Positions 28,356-40,183 of a stretch of 64,000 nucleotides of DNA are shown here, piece after piece; the first letter of the stretch is position 1, and the number at the start of each line of letters is the position of its first letter. The notes below the pieces were generated by a model. That model ran no database searches. It had not been told where the DNA came from and worked only from the letters and a program-made list of their open reading frames with translations. A program made the position numbers and the translations under genes. Source of the stretch: Hormiphora californensis (taxonomy: Eukaryota; Animalia; Ctenophora); contig CM035357.1 of assembly GCA_020137815.1 (NCBI GenBank), forward strand, positions 7,874,001 through 7,938,000. The letters are read 5' to 3'.

Positions 28356-31300
28356 TAGTAGAGTCGATAACTACATCGACCTCTCCCAATTGTTCCAGTT
28401 TTTGTCACATCTGTTTGGAGCCTCGACACGACCTCTAACCCTTTAAGGGCGAGAAGGATTGGCTCGATAGATTTTTCTAATTTTTCGTTTATAAGTAGAT
28501 ATTATTACCACAAACTACCTCGAAAAAGAAATTTGAAGTTTCGACATGTAGTTTTTGCTGGGCCCACTGTGTCATATATGACTCTATCGTCCGTAAGGGA
28601 ATTCTAGTAACAAATGTCATTTGTGCAAAAGTATGGGTCCAATAGTCAAATTTTATGCTTTGAGGCAGTCTATAGCTATAATTTCTACAATCTTGAACGG
28701 TTTTTACTAGAAAAATACCCCAAATTCTACATTTTGTATCATATATGACTCTATCGTCCCAATTGGTAAATTCTCCAAAAACATCCATAACTTGGGCTAG
28801 AAAAGGAGCTAAGAGTCAAATCAAGGCACTTAACCGTGTAGAATCATCGCATTAGTGGGGGTAGAGCACATATTTAGGTCGCTATCTTGCCCCCTAATTG
28901 AGATAATTGGATAATTAGCCAATTATCTGTCCCGTGCATGCTAATAAATGAAACGTTGCTTTGGGAAGGAGTTATGAGGCAAATGGGGGCACTAAAATGT
29001 GTAGAATCATCACATTAGTGGGGTTAGAGCACATATTTAGGTCTCTATCTGGACCCCTAATTGAGATAATTGGATAATTAGCTAATTAGTTGCCCTCCAG
29101 CGCTAAAAAATGAAATTTGGCGGAGTATACAAGACAAATGGGGGCACTAAAATGTGTAAAATCGTCGCCTTAGTGGGGGCAGAGCACATAGCTGAGTTTC
29201 TATTCCCGCTCCTAATTGAGATAATTGGATAATTAGCTAATTGACGGTTGCATGATGCCCCCTTTTCACCATATACCGTGGTTTCTGGCTAATCCTGAGC
29301 TCTTTTGTTCAATCTAAGGATCTTTTGGCATCCCTTTACCCCATTTGTATCACCTTTGTCTCGTTTTACACACTAATATAGCACTCTATACAACCCTAGA
29401 CACCGCCTTCAGCTCTGTACAACCCCCTTGCTTCATCCTACTCCTAGCTAGACCTCTCATACACCATACTAAACGCCTTCTTCAGATCATCTTTATTTCC
29501 GATGGAGTTCATGAGAAGTTTCCTGAGTGGCAAATGAGATTGTGAGAGTGATGAGGAGAAATTATGTAGGGGGAATCTAAACTGTGTGTCCAATAATAAA
29601 ATGGGAAGCTGTAGTACATTAGGGGTTGAACGTCTTGCAGGAGCAATAGGATATCCCAAAAAAATCGGTTAGGAAGGTGTATGGATCTCGAAATTATGAG
29701 AGGTCTAGGATTAAGCAAGAGGGTTCTAAAGAGCTGAAGGCGGTGTCTAGGGTTGTATAGAGTGCTAAATTAGTGTGTAAAACGAGTCAAAGGTGATACA
29801 AATGGGTAAAGGGATGCTGGAAGGGCCTTAGAATGAACAAAAGAGCTCAGGATTAGCCAGAAACCACGGTATATGGTGAAAAGGGGGCATCATGCAACCG
29901 TCAATTAGCTAATTATCCAATTATCTCAATTAGGAGCGGGAATAGAAACTCAGCTATGTGCTCTGCCCCCACTAAGGCGACGATTTTACACATTTTAGTG
30001 CCCCCATTTGTCTTGTATACTCCGCCAAATTTCATTTTTTAGCGCTGGAGGGCAACTAATTAGCTAATTATCCAATTATCTCAATTAGGGGTCCAGATAG
30101 AGACCTAAATATGTGCTCTAACCCCACTAATGTGATGATTCTACACATTTTAGTGCCCCCATTTGCCTCATAACTCCTTCCCAAAGCAACGTTTCATTCA
30201 TTAGCATGCGCGGGACAGATAATTGGCTAATTATCCAATTATCTCAATTAGGGGGCAAGATAGCGACCTAAATATGTGCTCTACCCCCACTAATGCGATG
30301 ATTCTACACGGTTAAGTGCCTTGATTTGACTCTTAGCTCCTTTTCTAGCCCAAGTTATGGATGTTTTTGGAGAATTTACCAATTGGGACGATAGAGTCAT
30401 ATATGATACAAAATGTAGAATTTGGGGTATTTTTCTAGTAAAAACCGTTCAAGATTGTAGAAATTATAGCTATAGACTGCCTCAAAGCATAAAATTTGAC
30501 TATTGGACCCATACTTTTGCACAAATGACATTTGTTACTAGAATTCCCTTACGGACGATAGAGTCATATATGATACAACGACTAAAACGTTAATAACTCA
30601 TTCAATTTTCAATATTTTTTGATGCGGTTTTTTGCATTCGATTTGTTATGTCAAGTAGTTTTATCCCTTCAAAGGATTATTTGTGCCCCTCAAAAACAAA
30701 AATTTGAGAGGGGTTTTTAAAAAAAAGCCTAAATTAGCCTCCCGAGAAGGGCCATAAAAAAATTTGTTCGATTTTCCGAGCAGATTTGGACGTGGTTTTG
30801 GGTTCAAAATCACTAAAACTAGCTTGTGACAAAACATTAGCCACCTAGACATCATGTAGCGCCTTCCAGACGGTCTAGAATGGACCGTGTCATATATGAC
30901 CTATCGCCCTCAAAGGGCTAAACAGGTGTTACTTTTTCACAAACTGTTTTCATCTTGGTGTAATCAGCAGTTGAAATGTTGCTGATCATAACAAAAACCT
31001 GACTAAATTTTTTCAACTTGGGGTAAAACCATGGGTGTCAAAAGTTAGCTCTAGGTCCCCTGAGTAACCATCCGGAGACTCCAAGAGATATTTCAAGCCG
31101 TTCTCCTGTAATCATTAATCCCGGTAGAGCACATATTTGAGTATGGACGTACGTGCAATTGCCTACAACCTCAACTTTAATGTATAACGTTAATGTGCGT
31201 CTCTCTCTTTTCTCCCCCTTGAGAAAGAGTTATCTCGCGCGGCGCAACCGCACGTGCGGTTTTTCCAGAGAGAGTGAGAGACATACAATAACATGTAAAC

Positions 31301-31631
31301 AGCCTGCCAGCGCTCACGTACGTCCGCATTGTATTTTTTTCTCCACCGGGATTAATGATTACGGGAGAACGGCTTGAAATATCTCTTAGAGTCTCCGGAT
31401 GGTTACTCAGGGGACCTAGAGCTAACTTTTGACACCCATGGTTTTACCCCATGTTGAAAAAATTTAGTCAGGTTTTTGTTATGATCAGCAACATTTCAAC
31501 TGCTGATTACACCAAGATGAAAACAGTTTGTGAAAAAGTAACACCTGTTTAGAGGTCGTGTCGAGGCTCCAACCAGATGTGACAAAAACTGGAACAATTG
31601 GGAGAGGTCGATGTAGTTATCGACTCTACTA
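28356..31631. mobile_element. Fold-back MITE (TA-flanked, ~290-bp arms) interrupted by a piggyBac-like insertion
   Basis: The left arm (28356-28438 plus 30922-~31130) is the reverse complement of the right arm (~31343-31631). Confidence 0.85.
28439..30917. mobile_element. Non-autonomous piggyBac-like element with a giant internal palindrome
   Basis: Termini CCCTTTAAGGGCGA / TCGCCCTCAAAGGG. 4-bp TSD CTAA at 28435-38 and 30918-21. Internal inverted arms ~28570-29420 and ~29720-30575. Confidence 0.85.
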
Positions 31632-32058
31632 CCCAGTACAGTTTCCTAGAGACGTTTGAAAAGATCTATATTGCCATAAAAATTGAATACAGGTGTTATG
31701 GCAGGGAAGCACCAATACCAAATCATTCCCATTCTTGAATTACATCCTCAATTGGATACCATCCCCACAACCGATGTTTGATTATGTATGCTTGGTCATC
31801 GGCTGGTTACCGCCAAAAACATACACCAAAGTTGCTTGTCGTATAACGCAAGGTCATGTGAATGAATACAGTACAGGTTCTCACAGTTCAGAACACGAGC
31901 ATTCTTCTTATGGCAATATTGATCTGATCCTACTATGCAAATAAAGTTACTGACTCAATACCCGAGACCCGAAAGTTTATTCTATAAGTGCAAAGACCAT
32001 ATCCCCACAGTGGGACAGTATAACAGTTAGTGTGGAGAGGAAACTGCAGGAATCTATA

Positions 32059-32210
32059 CTATAGATTCTATTTGGTATCGAAGATACCTCACACTCTGTT
32101 TAGGGTTAGGGTTAGGGTTAGGGTTAGGGTTAGGGTTAGACCTTCGTTTGGCGTGCTTCGCACGCCGCGCCGGCAAGGGAGGGGTAACTTCGTTACCAAA
32201 GATTCTATAG
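32059..32210. mobile_element. Small TIR element carrying (TTAGGG)6
   Basis: Imperfect TIRs CTATAGATTCTATTTGGTATCGAAGATACC / GGTAACTTCGTTACCAAAGATTCTATAG flank the telomeric run at 32100-32135. Confidence 0.6.
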
Positions 32211-34184
32211 ACCTAAATCGATACAAGCTGATATCCGGTTTGTCTACTACATCAAAGGGGTTAGGAACAAGAGTACTATACTAGCTGTTGCAGTCAAGGT
32301 TTAATTTGGAAACAAATGTGGTGAACTTGTATCTTTGAAAGAGAGCCTTGGAAACAATAATGCCGGGATAAACAATGATTTGGTAAGGTGCTGCAAGAGA
32401 TGGAGTTGTGTCTTCAGCAACACACAGCTAACTGAAACTACTGGTAGGAGACAAGGCTATCCAGAGAGGGGTGTGGATAATATTGGGAGGAGGTCTCTAG
32501 GTAAAAAAGTAAAGGCAAGTAATGTAGTAAAGCACGATCTGACTCGACAGGTAACACAATCTGAGCAGGGTCGTTGGGGAATCAGAAACCCATCAAATAT
32601 ATCAAACAGGCACTGTAGTTTCATAATGGGCACGTCTTGTCATACACTGACTGTACATCGCGCATACGCCTCACGTAGCCGCACCGGGCCGAAGGCCCGG
32701 TGCGAAGAGGAGGGTCTCATATGAGACAAGGCACGTCGCACGGAATACAAGTACATGACACGATGTACACGAAAGGAAAGGGAGGAACAAAGAAAGTGAG
32801 AGAGGGCCCGGGCTTATCACCCGCACGTGCGGTTCGACTGCGCGCGCGTGTAAAATCACTCCTCGCATACTCTGACTGTGTGTGGAATCCTGTCTCTCTC
32901 ATTTCTCGATTTGTTCTCGAAGTTTTTTGCCTACAGCAGTCTGTGATGCCTTCTTTCTAGTTTCTAGAAAGCCATATCCGGTGGTAGTTTATTAACGCCG
33001 TATCAGCCCTCCTCTCAGACCGACTTAGTGTGATATTCAGTGACGATGCTACCGTCGAACAGCGATCAAGTGGGGTCTACATGTTGTAACCACATGTTGT
33101 AACCCTGTTGTAACCCTACTGTAATTCAGTGTCACACATTATGTAGTGATTGTGTTGTTGTTTTGATCTTTGTGAGGCAAAAATATATATCGCCATATAA
33201 AACTAATTGTTGGGTGCTGCAAGTGACGGTATATTTAGTTGAGGTAACAGGCCCACCCCTAATCAGAGGTTCAAAAAGACCATGGCACTGCAGGGAGGAG
33301 GGGGGCTGGGAAATCTTCCACACTTCTTCGAAAACAGCAATCTATGCGATCTAGAGGAAGTACTGCTAGCCAGTATTCTACACTTTCTGTCGATTCTGCA
33401 ACCTCTACTACTTCAAAGGTAGGTTTTTATGGGTCAGTGGTTGTGATCAGGAGTCTTCATATCTTTTCCGGGTAAAATATCTTTGAGAGACCAGGAAGGA
33501 GAAAATATATCGGTTATTCGCACTCATTATTTATTATTCTTGATAGACACGGAAAAAGAAGCGAAAGAAGAAGAAGAAGAAGGTGAAGAAGCAGCTATCA
33601 GAGTTAGAACTCTACTCTAGGATCCCCTTCAGACCCTTGTTCATTACTCCCCGTCCTGCTGCATACTGCTATCCAGGACTCAGGACATGGAGCTACTTTA
33701 CCGAACCTAAATCATGCTATCTTGTAAGTTGTCTGTGCTGTCTACTTTACTGAACCTAAATCATGCTATCTTGTAAGTTGTCTGTGCTGTCTGTCCACAC
33801 GGTAGTAGCAGCTGTCTACTTTTCTGTTGACGTCACATGCAGTACGTCACTGTATTGAATAACTGAAATTAGATGGTTGCAATGCTTTTGGCACGCACAT
33901 TAGAGGGGAGAGAGAGAAAGAGAGAGGGACAGAGAGAGAGGGACAGAGTGAGAGAGATAGAAAGAGAGAGTGAGAGAGATAGAACTGGTGGTGTAGAGAG
34001 TGTTGAAACCTATGCAGTAAGATTCATCATTATGTATGCAGAGTGTATTTTAAATATCTTGTGCGTATCATGTGATTTGTTCGGGATCCATCTGCTAGCT
34101 CTTTGCAATCATTCCACTTGCTCCTTCATAAACAACATAACTATTGCTCCCTCATAAAGTCATCTCTATTTGCAGATTGATAAC

Positions 34185-37100
34185 ATGACAGAGATCTCGT
34201 CGACAAGCAAGAGAAGGGTAACATTTGGGGAGAATGAAGAAGTAAAGCTTCTACCCAGTTCCAGAAGTGATCTTCTCACTGAGTCTTGCATTGCCCTCAA
34301 CTCCAGTAGCTCTGATCTCAGTAAGACATACAGGAGTTGTTAATAGTTTGCCAAAATCCAATAATCATATTGCTGGGTGGCATATCCCAGCTCTCACATT
34401 ATCAACCATACTCTCTCTTTCTCAGATCGATCGTCTAGTATGCATAGTATTGAATCGAACCGATCCCAAAACCTCAGGTAAAACGGGTTTAGTTTTGTTC
34501 ATGTATTCTAGTTCAACAACCAATTTAGTTCCCCTTCAATGCCGCAACGAATAACATTTGGAGTAAGTAATGATCTCCTCCTTCTAACACCCCCCCCCCC
34601 TTGCAGTGACAGTATAATGACGGGCTGTTCCATGGATAGGGGTGGACTAAGTTCAGAGGGGGCGGATAGTAGGCAGATGAGTCCTGAGTCAACAGGAGCG
34701 TGGTCATCAAGAACACGGTGCGTTTACACAATGACACACACCTCAAGGACGAACATGTTATACCGTGTCATTAATTAACCATTTAACCATTTAACCAACT
34801 CCCCTCCCACTATCACTGCGCTGGCAAGCGCAAAGGTGGCCCCATCCCCTCCCCCCTAAAACTTTTCCCGAAAAAGTGGGCCCGCTTGCCAACAGCGTAG
34901 ATATAACAATTTTGAAGTTTTAGCCCATTTTGGCACTTTTCGACCCCTCCTAACTCCGGAACCAGATGAGCTAGGAGGCTGAAATTTGGTACTAAGAAGC
35001 TTCACATAGACCTATACTGACGGTAAAAATTTCAAGTAGCTAGCTCATTCCGGTCGCAAGTTATGACACCACCCCCAAAACAGAAAATTCAGTGTGGCGA
35101 TAGGTATATAGATAGATATAGACGCTTCACTGTGTAACACTTGTAGCTTGAACCATGCTAGCTAGAGACTTGAACCAAGTTTCATCCGTTAGGAAATCGT
35201 TCGGGGCATGTATTAGTTAAGGTTTCAAGTGAAAATGTCCACTATGACGGGCGTAATGACGTCACAAAGTGACGTCATTGAAAAATTCTAAGACCAAATG
35301 TTTTTAAACGCCTCTAGCACCCTCAAGACATTTTCCAATTCCTGATTTGACGAAAAATCGTTAGTGGCAAATTGTCTGAACTTTCAGATACTATATAGTG
35401 AATTTCTCTAACTTGTAATTTTGAGACCTTAAAACGCGTCGGAACTCAAAAATTTGGTGTGCAAATCTACATAAAATTTCACATTTCGTGCAATAACTTC
35501 AGTTCTTGACTACTGCTGCCTTTACAACTTTCCACACGTTTAGTGCTTCATCGGCCGAACAAGTCCGTCATGATTTTTTACGTCGTCGTGACGTCACATG
35601 TGACGTCACGACGTCAAAACGACGTCGAATTTTGAAAATTTCGTCAAATCAGTTTCCTACAACCCAGGATACATTTGAATTACATTTGAACACTTTAGTT
35701 GACAATTATCTTAGTTGTTTGAGATCATAAATGACCTCAAACGACCAAAAAAGAGTACAAATTTAGAGCAAAAACTAATTGAAATTAGTTCGCCAGAAAG
35801 GTGGCCCATTTTGAACTTACTCCTTCATTTCCGTCACCTTTGAGTTGAAGGCGGAAAAGTTTACGGATACCTCGATGTCTTTGAAGCCTCAACTCAAAGG
35901 TGACGGAAATGAAGGAGTAAGTTCAAAATGGGCCACCTTTCTGGCGAACTAATTTCAATTAGTTTTTGCTCTAAATTATAATAACCCCTCCCTCCCACTC
36001 CTACACAGGTTACAGATGCAATCCTGTAGACCAGCCTCCCTGCCCACTATAACCCCTCCCTCCCACTCCTACACAGGTTACATATACAATCCTGTAGACC
36101 GGCCTCCCTGCCCACTATAACCCCTCCCTCCCACTCCTACACAGGTTACAGATGCAATCCTGTAGACCGGCCTCCCTGCCCACTATAACCCCTCCCTCCC
36201 ACTCCTACACAGGTTACATATACAATCCTGTAGACCGGCCTCCCTGCCCACTATAACCCCTCCCTCCCACTCCTACACAGGTTACAGATGCAATCCTGTA
36301 GACCGGCCTCCCTGCCCACTATAACCCCTCCCTCCCACTCCTACACAGGTTACAAATGCAATCCTGTAGACCGGCCTCCCTGCCCACTATAACCCCTCCC
36401 TCCCACTCCTACACAGGTTACAGATGCAATCCTGTAGACCGGCCTCCCTGCCCACTATAACCCCTCCCTCCCACTCCTACACAGGTTACAAATGCAATCC
36501 TGTAGACCGGCCTCCCTGCCCACTATAACCCCTCCCTCCCACTCCTACACAGGTTACAGATGCAATCCTGTAGACCGGCCTCCCTGCCCACTATAACCCC
36601 TCCCTCCCACTCCTACACAGGTTACAGATGCAATCCTGTAGACCGGCCTCCGTGCCCACTATAACCCCTCCCTCCCACTCCTACACAGGTTACAGATGCA
36701 ATCCTGTAGACCGGCCTCCCTGCCCGCACCTCGACGACACACCTGGACCCAAGAAGAACTAGAGAGGTTTGTATACAAGGCCTCGGACTCAATGATTCCA
36801 CCCCGGATATTGGTCAGCTATATGAAGGTGGAAGGAGACCCACTACAGGAGAACTGCCTCGCTAGGCTTGTCAAAACACTCGAGGTGGGTAGAGGCTTGA
36901 AAATAAAACCACGCTGTCTTTATGTATGTATTTCATTTGTGATTGTTTCCACCCCCTCTTATAATAAGAGTCTTATTACACCGGGCTAATAAGACTCTTA
37001 TTATAATACCTCCTTCTCATATCACTGCAGGCTCACGGGTTTGCAGAGTGTTTAACGTGGGAACCATCTTACGAGGAAGAGGAAGAAGAGGAACAACCCA

Positions 37101-38007
37101 ATTGTTTGGAGTGGCTTGAACAAAATGTAAATATGGGAGTCTAGACTGTGCCCCCCCCCCCCATTCAAACCTACTGTAGCCCAAAATACGTACCTTCCAA
37201 TATGTTCCTTCCCACATCTCGATTTTTGGTGCTTACCTTATTGCTTACCTTACCACCCTGTCCCCTCTCTTAGATACCAGAGGTAGAGTTTGTGATAATA
37301 TGGATAACCCGTGACTACCTATCCCAACTATCTACCCTGAACAAGTTCCACTCTCATCCTGCTGCACTCGCTAGATCCTCTCCCTACATCACCCCTGCAG
37401 ATGTAAAACGGTGGGGTCTACACGGTCCTGAGGTACAATATATTGCAGGGCTGCTGCACATGTTTTGCTTTTCTCGATCCTCTCTCTTTGTGTTTGAACA
37501 AAACAACACAATAACACATGATGTGACATGATATGATCATATTCTTTATCCCCCTTCCCCTCCCAGATCTGTAGAAAGTTCATCCCGGTGATAAGTGATG
37601 AGATGGAGCAGTGTTCCCTACCTTCTTGGCTACACACCGCCACACATGAACCAATACTACCATTCTTTGTGCCCAGCGAGCTATGTGAACTCGGATACCA
37701 GGTATTGTACTTGCTGCTAGTACTAGAGAAGCTTTATACTCTGATATTTTTAGTGCCCCCCCTTGTTTTGTGCTCTTCTTTTGATATCCCGATGTTCCTC
37801 GCTTTTGCCTTACCTATAAGGTGTGTGATGTACTTACCGAATTAAATGACATGGTTATATTCTCAGTTAGTAAGCAGGGATAATCGAGATAGTATAGTGA
37901 TACCGAACATATTCTGTGATCAGTCTGAAACGTCTTCAGAACAAGATTTAGATGTCTTTGATGTAACCCCCACCCTAACCCAAGGTATATTTCGAATTGT
38001 GTGTTAA
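34185..38007 (+). CDS. SEFIR-domain cytoplasmic protein (Act1/CIKS-like adaptor) with an N-terminal KRRVTF motif
   Basis: Phase-consistent exons 34185-34320, 34426-34477, 34607-34717, 36689-~36885, ~37031-37126, ~37274-, ~37567-37701 and 37867-38007. Translation includes RILVSY...LARLVKTLE|AHGF...LEWLEQN|IPEVEFVIIWITRDY...WGLH...RKFIPVISDEMEQCSLPSWL, matching SEFIR box spacing. No TM segment seen. Confidence 0.72.
34758..35755. mobile_element. Putative non-autonomous (Helentron/HINE-like) repeat in the SEFIR intron
   Basis: Starts TTATACCG. Contains GCTAG(A/G)...TGAAATTTGG-type and GTGACGTCA motifs typical of such repeats. The 3' end was not recognised. Confidence 0.35.
35760..35977. repeat. 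Long near-perfect hairpin (~90-bp arms, ~33-nt loop)
   Basis: ATTTAGAGCAAAAACT...TTTGAGTTGA mirrored by TCAACTCAAA...AGTTTTTGCTCTAAAT. Confidence 0.9.
35981..36725 (+). repeat. 68-bp minisatellite x11 containing the SEFIR-gene splice acceptor
   Basis: Unit ATAACCCCTCCCTCCCACTCCTACACAGGTTACAGATGCAATCCTGTAGACCGGCCTCCCTGCCCACT, starting at 35981, 36049 ... 36661. Confidence 0.95.
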
Positions 38008-38116
38008 TTGTGAGAAAACGACAATCAATTTCTCAAAAACTAAACAATAATTAAGTTTGCAGACAGTTAAATTTCACATAAAATTTGGTTCCAGTTAGAA
38101 AGTCTATCAGGGCATG

Positions 38117-39365
38117 TTACCCCTTATTTTTCAACATTTTCTTGACTTCTTTTCTAAGGGTGTTAGAACTGAGCAGGTAGGTAAGCGGTGAGATGGCTGT
38201 ACAGACAAGAAGGAGGGAGAATAGAATATCAAGGATCAGTTTCATAAACCCATCACCTCCTATAAACAAGTTCTTTGTCTGTCTCGGGTAGAAAGTGAAT
38301 GGTAGCCATGGTAGTGTGGAGGCGGTATAGAGACTAACCACTACCACTATACTCCACGGTATCTGGAGGCGGGTCTTCTGCACAGGTTCAGAGGTAGTAG
38401 AGGTAGTAGTGGAGTTGCTGTTATAGCCTTTAGTGAGCTGGTAGGAGCTCTGTCGTGCCTTCACCACCTTCCAATGTACTGCGGTGTACAGTGTATAAAT
38501 GGTTGCTATGGGTACCAGATAACACACAGTTAGGAGTGTTCCCTTGACAACATCACACACCACTCCCTCCTCTCCGTATCCACAGTATTTGGGTATGCCC
38601 TGACCAGGTTTGTAGCACCTTACAGGACACACCCCCATTAGAGGGAGACTATTGACACCCACCACCAGCACCACCATCCCTACCACCCCTACCACTTGAT
38701 ATCTTAGTTTCAGGTAGTAGTGGTAGGTGAGGGGTCTACTGACAAACACCACTCTCACAGCTGTAACTAGCAGGATGAAGTAGGATGGTAGGGTCAGGGA
38801 GATTTGGTTGATTACCACTTTGTGTGGGCAGTGGGTGTCTGAGTTTAGTTTGATAGAGGGCACAAAACCAAGTGTCCAGTAGGTAATGATGGTTACCAAA
38901 AACAACATCTGAAATAATAAATCAGATATAAGTAGTGCAACTTATACTTCTGTAAAGTGTAAAATTTCATATCTATAAATGTCAAGGTAACGGACTTACC
39001 ATAGATAAGGCGTAAATTAGAACAGAAAAGTAAAGGTCCAAAAGTCCTCTAACTCTCGTCAAGATGAGTCTGATTAGCAGCACACAACTAACTGCGAGAA
39101 GTATAAAACAAGGGCCACAAACGATTAATGATATCCAGAATCTGTTGTAAACGAACTCGTCCTGGTTTTCGGTTGTTGTGTTTATGAAGGAGTCATTTTG
39201 GGAGGAATTTTTGTAGCTATGGTAACGTAGTACTTGAGCCTCGCTTGAATGTGTTTCCTGCTTTCCAAATTCGGTTATGATATTGAAGATTTCATCTATT
39301 TCTCCAGGAGTAGTAGTTGGTACAGAAGTAATTGGTGTGATTCCATCGTCTGAAGCATGGCTCAT
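38117..39365 (-). CDS. Rhodopsin-like 7TM GPCR (2 exons, orphan)
   Basis: Exon 39000-39365 has an N-glycosylated N-terminus, TM1 and part of TM2. Exon 38117-38908 has the remaining hydrophobic helices, ECL2 Cys, YLVP in TM5, TLPW in TM6, SPLTY (NPxxY-like) and an LRKE helix 8. Confidence 0.85.
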
Positions 39366-40183
39366 TTCACTAACTAAATATAAAATAGGTAAACACAAAA
39401 TATAGTTTGGGAACGAAAAGTGTGCAGTTTTAGGAACTTGGAGGCTAAATTTACACAAGGAGTCGTAGCATAATTGCATTTTAGTGCACGACTAATGGCC
39501 ACCATAGAGAACATCAGAGCGGGCACTATGACTAATGAATCACGGTGTTATTTTACAACTGAGAGACAGCTCCAATGTGAATGCACTCAAAATGCAGCTT
39601 TGTTTGTTTTAGGGAGGCATGTATGACTTTACCAAAGATATACATAAAAGTAGTAGTTACTTCTGATCTACAGCTAGGTCCTAGCTACTATTATTATAGA
39701 GGTAAATGGACTATACACTTTCGCATTAAGGTGTAAACTACAAAGACAATTAAAACAATTGGCTGCAGCTGTTTGGTGTTGCAAGGTCCCCCCTCCCCCT
39801 GTACTACACACGTTTCAAGGTCAAGGTTATACTACACAGCACATTTCCTCCCTATAGAATGTGTCACCTTACAGCTGCTTGAGTTGAGGGTGATATGATG
39901 TACAGTAAGATGTACACGTTATAGCACATTTATTCCTCCAAGTGTTCCTCCAAGTGTTGATAGAGAAAGCTAATTCGAGGCCAATATACAACATTCGTGA
40001 ATATATGCATGGAAGACATGAGTAGTAATATTCATCCTTAGATTGTGTGTCGTTTTTGAATAAGTGAATTTGCATATTGTGTTTTTTCAAAGGCTAACAG
40101 TGCTGCTTGTAGTGGGAATACGGTGTCTGAATAATACGGTATTTGACCATTACGGTTTCTGAAATACATATGTATTTGAAATA

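Noticed and set aside
28489-30593. Two identical MDVFGEFTNW... ORFs on opposite strands
   Set aside because: A consequence of the inverted arms of the non-autonomous element; no transposase motifs.
35981-36725. CRISPR-like array
   Set aside because: Head-to-tail identical units with no unique spacers, no cas genes, and a eukaryotic context. The same applies to 60502-60906.
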